This document shows positions 10,207-20,853 of a DNA stretch of 64,000 nt, piece by piece. The notes under the pieces were generated by a model that worked only from the letters and a program-made list of their open reading frames with translations, had not been told where the DNA came from and did not search any database. Source of the stretch: an uncultured archaeon (lineage in GTDB: Archaea > Thermoproteota > Bathyarchaeia > Bathyarchaeales > Bathycorpusculaceae); contig CAWALK010000012.1 in NCBI GenBank assembly GCA_963782915.1, forward strand, positions 1 to 64,000, in the 5' to 3' direction. Positions within the stretch are counted from its first letter, which is position 1. Each line of letters starts with the position of its first letter. A program made the position numbers and the translations under genes.

Positions 10207-12633
10207 TTACGTTTGCTGATGAATCAGCCTCTTTTTTACCTGGTCATTTAATACTATTCCAAAAACAAAGAACCAGCCCAACACTATAACAACGTAAAGC
10301 GGCGGTATTGGTGCCAGTCCAGGGATACCGATTATGGATAGCAGCGAAGAGACGATTATATCAACTACGATTGCGATTATCAGGGGCTTACTAGGATTTG
10401 ATTCCCAAAAGTTACCTCTCTCGCGTACAACAAAAATTGTGAATAATCCGCCGAATAAGAGTATGTCAAAGGCAAAGGTGTTTAGCTGAGCAACATTTGA
10501 AAGATCCAGGTATGTCAACCCTATGTAGAGAAGCCCTAAAGATTCAGCAACAATAAAAAGGCCTAAGACTATTGATGCCTTAAGAAGTGAGGCTATATTC
10601 CAAGTTTCAGGTTTTTCAGAAGGTCTGGCATTGTCAGTAGCTAGTGATATGGTCACGAAGTCTACTAAAAACAGTAATAAGACAACTTGGAAAGCGTTGA
10701 CAACGAATAATCCCGTAAAGAGAAAAGCTAAAACAACAAAAACAACTATTTGGAATGTCTTAACTATTTTGTTAAATATCCAAGTTAGAATTCTTTGGTA
10801 AATCATTCGACCAGAAATAACGAGACTTAGAATGTTAGTTAGCCCAGGTTCGGTGAGAACGACGCTAGCAGCGCCTTTTGCTACATCTGTTGCATTACTG
10901 ACTGCTATTCCTACTTCAGATTGCTTTAGCGCGGGGGAATCGTTTATGCCATCTCCCGTCATACCCACAATATGCTTTGCAGCCTGCAATGCCTTTACGA
11001 TTTGGTATTTGCCTTCAGGGTAAATTTCGGCGAAGCCATCGCTTTGCTCAACGATCTCGGCTGCAACAATTGCGTCTTTGCTAGTGGCTTCTTTTATCTC
11101 AGGAGTTCGAGTTATCTTATCGCCCAAGTTTACTTCAGTAGCAACTTGTTTTGCAATCGGTAAAGAGTCACCAGTGAGCATTTTGACGGAAATTCCCAGT
11201 TCACGTAGTCTTTTTATGATACTTGCAGAGTCCGGTCTGGGTTTATCATGTAATGCCACTAGTCCTGCAAGTTGCATGCTTCTTCCTTGATGGCTAACTG
11301 CGACTGCTATAATGCGGTATCCTTTGCTGGCGAAGGCATTCATTTTTTCTTCTAAATTAGCAAACTCTTTTCCGGTTATCCCTGATAGCGGCGCTATCAC
11401 CGCAACCGCACCTTTTGTAACTCTCAGTTCGTCTTCGTTTTTTTGTAAGACTGCTTCAGTTCTTCTCGTTGATGGATCAAACGGTGTGAATTCTTTTGGG
11501 GTAAACTCTGTTAGTTGCAGGTTTTTTTCTTGGGCTGCAGTTAAGAAGGCTATGTCTATTGGATCTTGGTTAGCTTTTTGGGATGCTAAAGCGCCAAATA
11601 AAATGACGTCATCTTTTTTGTAGTGGCCAAATTCCAAGATGTCAGCTATTTTTAGCATATTCATTGTAAGAGTTCCAGTTTTGTCAACACATAGAACGTC
11701 CATGAGAGCGGCATCTTCAGAAGCGCTAAGACGTGTGACTAAAACGCCTTTCTTTGCAAGTTCTAGTGACCCAAGCGCCATTGTTACTGTGAACATTGTT
11801 GGCAGAGCAACAGGTATTGCCGATACCAACAGAATTAGGGCTAAAGACAGCATATCTAACAGATTTATGCCCCGTATCCAAGATACTGCAAACGCCATTG
11901 CAAGCAAAGAAACAACTAAAATTAATAGCCACTTCATTAACCCTGTGATGACTGTTTCCATATGTAATTTTGGCTTAGCAAGTTGAACCAATTGTGTTGT
12001 TTTGCCAAAATATGTGTGCACACCAGTAGAGGTTACCACTCCGGTGGCTTCCCCTTTGCGTATTATTGACCCAGAGTAGATGAGGTCGCTTTTTTTCTTC
12101 TCAAGAGGCATAGATTCGCCAGTAATGGCTGACTGGTCTACAGTGATTTCAGCGTCTATGATTTTTAGGTCTGCAGGTATAAGGTCACCAGACCTTACCC
12201 TAATAATATCGCCTGGAACTACCTCTGCTGCACTAATTGTTGACCATGATCCACTTCTTAGTGCTCTTGTTTGTAGTTGTAGCTTTTGTTTGAGTGATTT
12301 TACTGCTCGTGTTGCTTGTTGTTCCTGAAAAAAGCCTAAAACTGCATTTACAAGAAGCAGGGCTGCTATGATGTATAAGTCTAAATAGTTACCTAAAACA
12401 AATGAAATCAGTATTGCTATTTCTAGCATCCAAGCTGTTAGGCCCCAAAAACGTTTTAAAAAGGTAATAACTTGATTTGGCTGTTTTTCCTCTACTGCGT
12501 TAGGACCATATCGTTTAGTTCTTTGTTGTACTTCTGTTTGGGTCAAACCTGTCGATGGATTACTCTGCAATCGGCTAAAACTTTCATCTATTGTTAGACG
12601 GCTGAAGTCATCGACGGTTTGATTTTTATCCAT
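10207..12633 (-). CDS. P-type IIIA proton-efflux ATPase
   Basis: TGES, IPVALP, DKTGT, MLTGD, GDGINDSPALK; likely start MDKNQ at 12633. Confidence 0.93.
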   Translation of the reverse strand: MDKNQTVDDFSRLTIDESFSRLQSNPSTGLTQTEVQQRTKRYGPNAVEEKQPNQVITFLKRFWGLTAWMLEIAILISFVLGNYLDLYIIAALLLVNAVLGFFQEQQATRAVKSLKQKLQLQTRALRSGSWSTISAAEVVPGDIIRVRSGDLIPADLKIIDAEITVDQSAITGESMPLEKKKSDLIYSGSIIRKGEATGVVTSTGVHTYFGKTTQLVQLAKPKLHMETVITGLMKWLLILVVSLLAMAFAVSWIRGINLLDMLSLALILLVSAIPVALPTMFTVTMALGSLELAKKGVLVTRLSASEDAALMDVLCVDKTGTLTMNMLKIADILEFGHYKKDDVILFGALASQKANQDPIDIAFLTAAQEKNLQLTEFTPKEFTPFDPSTRRTEAVLQKNEDELRVTKGAVAVIAPLSGITGKEFANLEEKMNAFASKGYRIIAVAVSHQGRSMQLAGLVALHDKPRPDSASIIKRLRELGISVKMLTGDSLPIAKQVATEVNLGDKITRTPEIKEATSKDAIVAAEIVEQSDGFAEIYPEGKYQIVKALQAAKHIVGMTGDGINDSPALKQSEVGIAVSNATDVAKGAASVVLTEPGLTNILSLVISGRMIYQRILTWIFNKIVKTFQIVVFVVLAFLFTGLFVVNAFQVVLLLFLVDFVTISLATDNARPSEKPETWNIASLLKASIVLGLFIVAESLGLLYIGLTYLDLSNVAQLNTFAFDILLFGGLFTIFVVRERGNFWESNPSKPLIIAIVVDIIVSSLLSIIGIPGLAPIPPLYVVIVLGWFFVFGIVLNDQVKKRLIHQQT

Positions 12634-12709
12634 ACATACCAATTCAAATATTAGTAAAAAACTCGGGTTGCCCCGAATAGGATCGTTAAGTAAGGGGTTG
12701 CAGCGTCGG

Positions 12710-12994
12710 CTATAGGGTTTTTGCAACTTCACTTAACGGTTTAACTGGTCGCACTTCAACGGTCATTGGTCCAAAGAATTTTGTGATTGCTTCTGGGTTT
12801 TGCGCGTCTATGGTGAAGAAACCTTTGTGATCTACGCCTGTGTCTTGGGGGCAACTCATGTAGGCGGCTGTTAGGTTGATTCCGGCGTTTTTTATATTCT
12901 GTTCTGAAAAAAGCTGCTTTAGCATAGCTTTGCCTTCAGGTTTTAGCAAGGGGCATTGTGCGGCTGGATGAGTATGTGTCGCTTCATAAAGCAA
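12710..12994 (-). CDS. Hypothetical protein
   Basis: 94-aa ORF with GGAGGTGA RBS before a TTG start. Confidence 0.7.
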   Translation of the reverse strand: MLYEATHTHPAAQCPLLKPEGKAMLKQLFSEQNIKNAGINLTAAYMSCPQDTGVDHKGFFTIDAQNPEAITKFFGPMTVEVRPVKPLSEVAKTL

Positions 12995-13127
12995 AAAATC
13001 ACCTCCTTAGTCGTGAATAAAAATCAGTCAATTCTCTACATAATGGTACTAATCTATGGATTTAAAACTTCTTAAGTGCATAAAATCACAGGGCCTGGTT
13101 AAGTGCTTTGTTAGTAAGCATGCAACT

Positions 13128-13339
13128 GTTTTGCTCAACCTATCCCCCTCTATTTATAGACACAACAAGTGCTGACTCGCACAGGCGGATTATCAGTGTT
13201 CATTGGATTAGTGTGGTATTTTACGGGCGATTGTTAGCTGGAAGCCTGTGTTTGTTCTGCATCTGTTTTTGGCACTGATTAGTTTGGTTCCTAGTTGCCG
13301 TTTTGCTGCTCTCAGAGACCGCCCCTCCCCTATAAAAGG
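13128..13339. repeat. Two degenerate copies of the CCCCCTCCC-TATA motif family (13128-13161 and 13304-13339)
   Basis: Resemble 62634-62671 and the reverse complement of 46832-46869. Confidence 0.45.
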
Positions 13340-13364
13340 CTGAAAATCCGGTTGCCCTTGATGG

Positions 13365-14318
13365 TTATAGCAAATAGCGGTTTCCAACACTATTAAAAAT
13401 AAAAGCGCCAGGAAACGCTTCGCTTATGGCATAAAGCGCTCGCCAACCTGTACAATGCGACGGCACAATCAATTCGGGATTAACCTGTTTAAGCTCAGCA
13501 ACCGTTGCGGGGATTCTTTTCTCGAATTCTCTGCCGGACAAGTGGAAGCCCCCAAAAACAGCGTAAATCTTCGTAACTCCAGTTATCTGTTGAGCATACC
13601 GAACAGTGTTGATTATGCCAGCGTGAGCACACCCAGAAACCAAAACCAGACCTTTACTTTTGACGTTGAAAATTAAGGCGCGTTCATCCATTATCAGCGG
13701 ATCAGGCTGCCAAGATTCGCCACTGAAGATTCTGTTGTTAACCATGCCCTTCTCGAACTCTACCGTTCTTGGAATTTCTCCGCTGACACAGGCTAAATCT
13801 GAGGCAATCAACAGTGGCTTCTTTGTGTCCATAATTTTTGCGGGAGATAGGATTTTTTGATCTGGAAAGGTAGGGTATTGTCTTAAATCTCCTTTGGAGT
13901 TGGCTGACTGCTCGGGGTTTAACCATGTCTTCATGGGCTGATTATTTGTAAATCCGCCCTGTTAATTGCCTTAACTACGGCGGATAATCCGCCGAAATGG
14001 TCATAGTGTCCATGGGAGAGGACAACATAAGAAACGCTCGCTTAGGTCTATATCCATCAATTTAGCGTTCATACATACGCCGTTTGGGCTGGTGCCGGTG
14101 TCAAAGAGAATGCTAAATGTTTTGTCTTCACCGCAGACTCTGATGAGCATGGCAAAACCGTTTTCTGCCATTGGTAAACCCGTATGCCAATGAGCCGAAT
14201 GCTGAAAAGTCTGCACTTCTTTTCTGGTATTGCTCGAGAGAAAATCTACTGTGTTATCCATTAGCGAAATGATTTCAAGTTTAGATGCCTCTTTCAAAGA
14301 AACGGCTTTAGCAGTCAA
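13365..14318 (-). CDS. MBL-fold metallohydrolase (frameshift near 14030)
   Basis: LMDN, ILFDTG, SHGHYDHFGG (across frames), DERAL, SGCAHAG, GGFHL, PSHCTG. Confidence 0.88.
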
Positions 14319-14329
14319 GCCAGAGTCCT

Positions 14330-14899
14330 CTAAAGAGTGCCTCGATAATGCACTGTTGAGGGGCAACCGACACATTTTTTCTCTGCATACCGGGCACATG
14401 TGCAGCAGTCCACATTGCATGGTGCTTTATCTTTGCCTTTATGAGCTAAATATTCCCTGATCTGGAGATATTGCGGAAACTCATTTTCGCTAATGGGGTA
14501 GAATTCTGATCTGCGGATTCCTGGGCTGCTTCGTAGTGAGCACTTCTCAACGGATATGCTGTCTAGTGTGTCTCGGTTTTCTGCGATTACTAATGCGATG
14601 AGGTTGTATCCGCCGGTGGTTTTGAAGAAGTGGACTACGCGTGGGCACTCTTTGAATCTGTTCATGACGTCTTGCATTGCTTCGGCGTCTTTCATTTCTA
14701 GCAGTATCATGGCGGGTATGAGTCCGAAGGCTTTTGGGTTGATTAGGGCTTGGTTTTTTATGGTGCCGCTTTCCACTAGTTTTGTTAGTCTTTTTTTGAT
14801 GCCCATGCTGGTGAATCCTGTTATTTTTTCTAGGTCTTTGAGTGTTGTTCTTGCGTCCGCTTGGAGTTGGCAGATTATTTTTCGGTCAATTTCATCCAT
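14330..14899 (-). CDS. Lrp/AsnC regulator with Cys-rich C-terminal tail
   Basis: MDEIDRKII..LQADAR HTH, RAM-like domain (TTGGYNL), tail CNVDCCTCARYAEKKCVGCP. Confidence 0.9.
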   Translation of the reverse strand: MDEIDRKIICQLQADARTTLKDLEKITGFTSMGIKKRLTKLVESGTIKNQALINPKAFGLIPAMILLEMKDAEAMQDVMNRFKECPRVVHFFKTTGGYNLIALVIAENRDTLDSISVEKCSLRSSPGIRRSEFYPISENEFPQYLQIREYLAHKGKDKAPCNVDCCTCARYAEKKCVGCPSTVHYRGTL

Positions 14900-14914
14900 T
14901 TAACATCGCTACCG

Positions 14915-14962
14915 TGTTTACTTTCTAAACATAAACTATTAATATTGTTTACCTATTAAACA
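14915..14962. promoter_or_regulatory. Two palindromic operators TGTTTA-N5-TAAACA, 31 bp apart
   Basis: 14915-14931 TGTTTActttcTAAACA and 14946-14962 TGTTTAcctatTAAACA in the divergent intergenic region. Confidence 0.75.
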
Positions 14963-14982
14963 GTTGCATCTAAGGTGATATT

Positions 14983-15363
14983 ATGGCACAACGAATCGTG
15001 ATACCGGTTGAAGATAACTCCGGTTTAGACGCAAAAGTAGCTCAACATTTCGGCCGAGCACCATACTTCGCGTTAATAGAACTAAACGGAAGAGGACAAA
15101 TAACAAACACACAAATCGACCCAAACACCAATGAACACATGGGTGGCACAGGCCATCCACACGAAAGCCTTCTAGAACTAAAACCAGCAGTCATTATAGC
15201 CTGCGGCATGGGAATAGGTGGCCTACGCAGTTTCCAAGATGCAGGAATTAAAGTACTAAAAGCCCAAGGGAGCACTATAAACGAAGTTATGACGAATTTT
15301 AAAGAGGGCAAACTCGAACCTTTAACCGCAGGTTGCCCCCATGCGCATGAACACCACCATTAA
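14983..15363 (+). CDS. NifB/NifX-family (FeMo-co binding-like) protein with His-rich tail
   Basis: HFGRAPYF, GMGIGG, GIKV; C-terminus CPHAHEHHH. Confidence 0.9.
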   Translation: MAQRIVIPVEDNSGLDAKVAQHFGRAPYFALIELNGRGQITNTQIDPNTNEHMGGTGHPHESLLELKPAVIIACGMGIGGLRSFQDAGIKVLKAQGSTINEVMTNFKEGKLEPLTAGCPHAHEHHH

Positions 15364-15616
15364 TGGGCAATAAATGGGCTGAATGGTTTCTGGGCGAGAA
15401 AGTTACAGCTTTCAGGGTCTCTGCCCACTCCTTGAAACAGTCCCGTATTACGTCACGAGTAGCTCGTCCAGAACCCAGCAAACCTGACTCAGAAGCGCAT
15501 AAATCCATTTCCCAAGATGCCTGCGATAATGGAAAAAGCCAAAGAATAAAACCATATAAAATATATGCGAGCTTTCGCTTAAAAAAAGGCATAACACTCT
15601 TTGAGGTTTATTGTAC

Positions 15617-16383
15617 ATGAAAACTCTAGTTACAGTTGGTCGTGGTGGAACAGGAAAATCCAGCTTCACAGCCTTATGGCAAAAGCCTTCATAGAAGCAA
15701 AACAATCCCCAATCTTGCTGGTTGATGCTGACCCAGACCAGAACCTAGGCAGAAATGCTTGGTATAGACCTCAAAGAAGCAGGCAAATCCACAATAGCCG
15801 ACTTAATCGTTAGCACCTTTATCGAAAGCGGCGGCACCACAGTCGGCGTTGCACCAACCCAGCGCATAGAAGCCCGCATCTGGGAAAAAGGACTCTACGA
15901 AAGCCCAAATTTCGATTTTATGGCTGTCGGCAACAAATGGGTTGAAGGCTGCTACTGCATGCCAAACAGCGCACTCAAAGGCGCATTAGAATCATTAACT
16001 AAAAGCTACAAATACGTCATCGTTGATTCACCCGCCGGCTTAGAAAACCTCAACAGACGCATAACCTCCAACGTAAACGACATATTCGACATACTTAGAC
16101 CATTCCAAGAAATCCCAAGACCACGTCAGACGAGCTTACAAAATCGCCAAAGAAGTTGACATGAAATTCGAAAACTTTTACTTAATTGGCGGCTACCGTT
16201 TCCCAGCCTGAATTAGGCAAGAAAGCTGAGGAAGACTTAAAATTCAAATATCTAGGCAAAATCGATGCAGATGAGCAGTTAGACGAGTTTGTCCTTGACG
16301 GAGAATCACTTTTAGACCTGCCAAACACAAATAAAGCATACCTCTCAGTGAAGAAAATCCTCGAAAACTTAGGCTACTTATAA
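15617..16383 (+). CDS. cooC: CooC-type Ni-insertion ATPase (frameshifted)
   Basis: GRGGTGKS, VDADPDQNL, EGCYC, VDSPAGLENLNR. Confidence 0.88.
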
Positions 16384-16530
16384 ACACTTATAAGCGCTAA
16401 GTATTTTACATAATTTTTTAAAAACCCTACATTTCTCTTTTTCGAACCTGACTTTTACCTAAAGAATCTGGAAAGGTTTAAAAAGATTGTAATTGAGTTT
16501 AGAGGTAAACCTTTACAGAGGTTATTAGAT

Positions 16531-18880
16531 TTGACTAGTAAAAACGTCCATGTTAAAATAGACGAAATGAAGACCAACGCTGGTTCGATCAAGAATTTGG
16601 AAGTATCCATTGGCAAAGTTATCAATGATAACTATAACGAGCCCATGGGTCCAACTCCAATGCCCTCCGTCACTGCCCTGCGAGATTGGGACATGAAGCT
16701 TCTCAACAAATACAAGCCCTTTTACATGCCCGACTGCGATTCATGCTGCCTTTGCACTTTTGGCAAATGCGACTTGACCGCTGGCAAACGCGGCGCATGC
16801 GGCTTAGACATAGCAGCCCAATCATCACGTATTGTAATGATCGCTTGCGCAATCGGATCAGCATGCCACTCAGCACACTCACGCCACTTAGTTAATCATT
16901 TAATTGAGAAATACGGCCGCAGATACCCCTTAGACATCGGCGGAATGAACATAAAAGTTGAAGCACCAGTCACCCGCCTTGTTACTGGCATTAAACCTGA
17001 AACACTCGGCGACTTGGAAGATGTTCTATCTTATGTCGAAGAACAAATCACACAAATTCTTGCAGTAGCCCACACAGGCCAAGAATCCAGCGCCTTAGAC
17101 TTTGAGTCTAAAGCAATGCACGTCGGTATGGTTGACCACGTAGGTATGGAAGTCGGCGACATCGCACAGATTTCCACCTTAGGCTATCCAAAAGCTGACC
17201 CAGAAGCACCACTCGTGAAACTTGGCATCGGCAGCGTCGACCGCACCAAACCAGTAATCATGTGCATCGGCCACAACGTCGTTCCATCAGTCGGAATAAT
17301 CGACTATGCAAAAGACACTAAAGTTGACGATAAAATCGAAATAGTCGGCTTATGCTGCACATCACACGACATGACACGATACTACACTCGCGCAAGAATC
17401 GTTGGCCCAATCAGCTGGGAACTCAGATTCATCCGCGCAGGATTAGCAGACGTCGTCGTACTCGATGAACAATGCGTCAGAACAGACGTCGCAGAAGAAG
17501 CGGCAAAAGTTGATGCACCAGTCATCGCAGCCTCAGAAAAGAACTGTGTTGGCTTTAAGAACCGCACAAACGACTCAACAGACGCAATCGTCGATGACCT
17601 CGTTAGCGGCAAAGTTGCAGGTGTACTAATTCTTGACGCAGAAAAAGTCGGCGAAGTAGCAGTCCGTGTTGCACAGAAAGTTGCTCCAGTACGCAAACGC
17701 AAGAACGTTCTTCCAACAGCAGAAGAAGTTGTTGCAATCGCAAAGACTTGCACACAATGCAAGCAATGCCAACGCAACTGTCCACAAGACTTCTTCATTC
17801 CAGTAGCAATGAAAGCAGCAGCAGAAGGCGACCTATCCAAACTAACCGAACTCTATGAAGTCTGTATCGGATGCGCAAGATGCGAAAGCGCATGCCCACA
17901 AAAAATCAAGATCCACAGCCTCATCGTTAAAGCAGGCGAAAAAGCGATGTATGCCGAAGACAACCTATGCCGCAGTCGGCAGAGGTGCAGTCTCAGACGT
18001 CGAAATCCGCAACGTCGGCAGCCCAATCGTACTCGGAGAAATTCCAGGTATCGTTGCAATCGTTGGCTGCAGCAACTATCCAAAAGGCGGCAAAGACGTC
18101 TACGACATAGCCCGCGAATTCGCAAGCAGACGATACATCGTTGCACTATCAGGATGCAGCGCAATGTCAGCAGGCAGCTACCGCAACAGCGAAGGCAAAA
18201 CCATCTATGAAGAATTCCCAGGCGGATTCGAAGCAGGAGGAGTCTGCAACGTCGGCTCATGCGTCGCAAACAGCCACATCGCAGGTGCAGCAATCAAAGT
18301 AGCGAACATCTTCGCAAAACGCAGCCTAAGAGGCAACTACGAAGAAATCGCAGATTACATCCACAACCGTCTCGGCGCAGTCGGCTTAGCTTGGGGTGCA
18401 TACTCACAGAAAGCAGCCGCAATCGGCGCAGGCTTCTGGCGCTTAGGTGTACCAGTGCTTGTCGGCCCACACGGCAGCAAATACAGACGTATGCTCCTTG
18501 GCAGAAAAGAAGACCCAGAAAACTGGCAAGTTATCGATGCACGCACAGGCGACAAAGTCTACGTTGGCCCAACACCAGAACACCTCTTCAACGTCGCAGA
18601 AACCAAAGAAGAATGCATCGTTGCAATCGCAAAACTCTGCATGAGACCAAACGACACATGGAAAGGACGCAGCATAAAACTAAGCCACTATGTTGACCTA
18701 AGCAAACGCTACTTAGGCGTCATGCCAGATGATCTTCACTATTACGTCAGAACAATGGCTGATGTCCCCTCAACAATGAAAGACGAATTCCAAACCATCT
18801 TGGCAGAAAAGAACTGGAAAGAAACCATCATTCCAGACCCAACCTTGCTCCCAAGAATGGTCCGAAAGATGAAGGAGTAA
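16531..18880 (+). CDS. cdhA: ACDS alpha subunit, CO dehydrogenase (frameshift near 17970)
   Basis: LRDWD, CCLCTFGKC, GHN, CCT, DEQC, two ferredoxin-type motifs, GSCVAN. Confidence 0.97.
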
Positions 18881-18895
18881 ACGGAGGAGAAAACT

Positions 18896-19438
18896 ATGTC
18901 CTGTGAACCATGGCAATGTGCAGAAATCGCATCAACTAAAAAAGCAAACCCAATCCAGAAACCCGAAATCGCAGTCGCAATGATGAAGAAGGCTCAACGC
19001 CCTCTCCTTATTGTCGGCAGCAACGTAACAGAACGCTGGATGGAAGGCAAACAAGCAATCGAATACATCATCGAACTCGCAAACGCATCAAAAATCCCAG
19101 TAGTAGCAACCGCCCATATGGTCGGCGAATTCATCAAACGCGGCTATAAACCAGCAGCATTCATGAATGCTATGGAAATTAGCCAACGCGTCGGCGACCC
19201 AACATGGATGGGACTGGACGGCAAAGGTCACCCAGACCTAGTCATCTATGTCGGCATGCCCTACTACATGGAAGCACTGATACTGGCTGGACTCAAACAC
19301 TTCGCACCAGACCTAAAAACCATGACCATCGACAACATGTATCATGTACACGCAAGTTGGTCTTTTCCCAACGCAAGCCTAGAAGAATGGGCTGTAAACC
19401 TTAAAGTAATGACATCAAAATTTAGTGGAGGAAACTAA
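18896..19438 (+). CDS. cdhB: ACDS epsilon subunit
   Basis: KAQRPLLIVG, WMGLDGKG, LKHFAP, ASWSFPN. Confidence 0.95.
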   Translation: MSCEPWQCAEIASTKKANPIQKPEIAVAMMKKAQRPLLIVGSNVTERWMEGKQAIEYIIELANASKIPVVATAHMVGEFIKRGYKPAAFMNAMEISQRVGDPTWMGLDGKGHPDLVIYVGMPYYMEALILAGLKHFAPDLKTMTIDNMYHVHASWSFPNASLEEWAVNLKVMTSKFSGGN

Positions 19439-19442
19439 GAAA

Positions 19443-20849
19443 ATGTCTATGTTTAAAGATATACCTGTAGAAGTTGGCGTAATCTACGAAGGCGAACGTA
19501 TCCGCAGAAACGACATGCAAGTCGAACTCGGCGGTCCAACAGTCAAACAAAAGTTTGAACTGGCAAAAGTAAAACCCATGAATGAGATCGAAGATGGCAA
19601 AATCACCATACTCGGTCCAGACTTAAAAGACCTCAAAGAAGGCGGCGCATATCCATTCGGCATTCTAATCGAAGCGGCAGGCGCAAAACTCGATGCAGGC
19701 CTTGAAGGTGTCATTGAAAGACGCATCCACGGCTACCTAAACTACATCGAAGGCTTCATGCACCTAAACCAACGCTATGACATCTGGATACGCATCGGCA
19801 AAAAATCCTTCCAAAAAGGCCTAAACAGCTTTGACGCAATCGGCAAAGTCGTCTACAGACTCTTCAAGAGCGAACTACCAATCATCGAAAAACTCCAAGT
19901 TACCTTCATCACAGACCCAGCAAAACTAGACCAAATGACACCAGACGCAATCCAAGCCTATGAATCACGCGATGCAAAAGCCAGAGGCCTAAAAGACAGC
20001 GAAGTAGACACATTCTACGGCTGTGCACTCTGCCAATCATTCGCACCAAGCCACGTCTGTGTCATCACACCACAAAGATACAGCAACTGCGGCGCAATCA
20101 GCTGGTTCGACGGTAAAGCCTCAGCAAGCATCGATCCAAAAGGTCCAGTCTTCGCAATTCCAGCAGGCCAAATGATCAACGCCGAAAAAGGAGAATTCAG
20201 CGGCGTTAACGAAGCAGCAAAAAAACGCAGCATGGGCGAAGTAAACCAAGTCTGGCTATACACAGCCTTTGACCACCCACACACTTCATGCGGATGCTTC
20301 GAAGCAGTAACCTTCTACATCCCAGAAGTCGACGGATTAGGCGTTGTTCAAAGAAACTTTAAGGGCGCAGCAGTAAACGGCTTACCCTTCAGCACCTTAG
20401 CAGACTCCGCAGCAGGCGGCAGACAAATCGACGGATTCCACGGAATGTCCATCGAATACATGCGAAGCGCCAAATTCTTCGCAGCAGACGGTGGATGGAA
20501 CCGCATCGTTTGGGTACCAAAGGAAGTTAAAGAAAAAGTTAAAGAATTCATACCCAAAGACGTCGTTGACAAAATCGCCACTGAAGAAGACGCCAAAAAC
20601 ATTGACGAACTAAAAGCATTCCTCAAAGCAAAGAACCACCCAGTAGTCGCAAAGTGGGAAACAGAAGCACCAGCAGCAGAAACCGCAGCACTCACCGTTA
20701 ACGAGGAAGCAGCAGGCACAATGATGCCAGTTGCAACAGCAGGCTCACTACCAATCATGGCCGGCGGATTCAAGATCATACTCAAAGACGCCAAGATCTA
20801 CGCCAACAAAGTCATCATCACAACCGTCAAAGACGACAAGAAGCCATAA
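19443..20849 (+). CDS. cdhC: ACDS beta subunit (acetyl-CoA synthase)
   Basis: YEGERIR, ERRIH, CALCQSFAP, HTSCGCFE. Confidence 0.97.
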   Translation: MSMFKDIPVEVGVIYEGERIRRNDMQVELGGPTVKQKFELAKVKPMNEIEDGKITILGPDLKDLKEGGAYPFGILIEAAGAKLDAGLEGVIERRIHGYLNYIEGFMHLNQRYDIWIRIGKKSFQKGLNSFDAIGKVVYRLFKSELPIIEKLQVTFITDPAKLDQMTPDAIQAYESRDAKARGLKDSEVDTFYGCALCQSFAPSHVCVITPQRYSNCGAISWFDGKASASIDPKGPVFAIPAGQMINAEKGEFSGVNEAAKKRSMGEVNQVWLYTAFDHPHTSCGCFEAVTFYIPEVDGLGVVQRNFKGAAVNGLPFSTLADSAAGGRQIDGFHGMSIEYMRSAKFFAADGGWNRIVWVPKEVKEKVKEFIPKDVVDKIATEEDAKNIDELKAFLKAKNHPVVAKWETEAPAAETAALTVNEEAAGTMMPVATAGSLPIMAGGFKIILKDAKIYANKVIITTVKDDKKP

Positions 20850-20853
20850 ACCG

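Noticed and set aside
14983-15363. Nitrogen fixation
   Set aside because: NifX-family domains are widespread in non-diazotrophic archaea; no nifHDK present
16531-18880. Programmed frameshifting or pseudogenisation in cdhA, purF, cooC, pfkB, ureE, amt, UT, aquaporin, MBL and the Ig-like protein
   Set aside because: Single-base indels are scattered through core genes with intact catalytic motifs and no common slippery site; long-read consensus error is the simplest explanation
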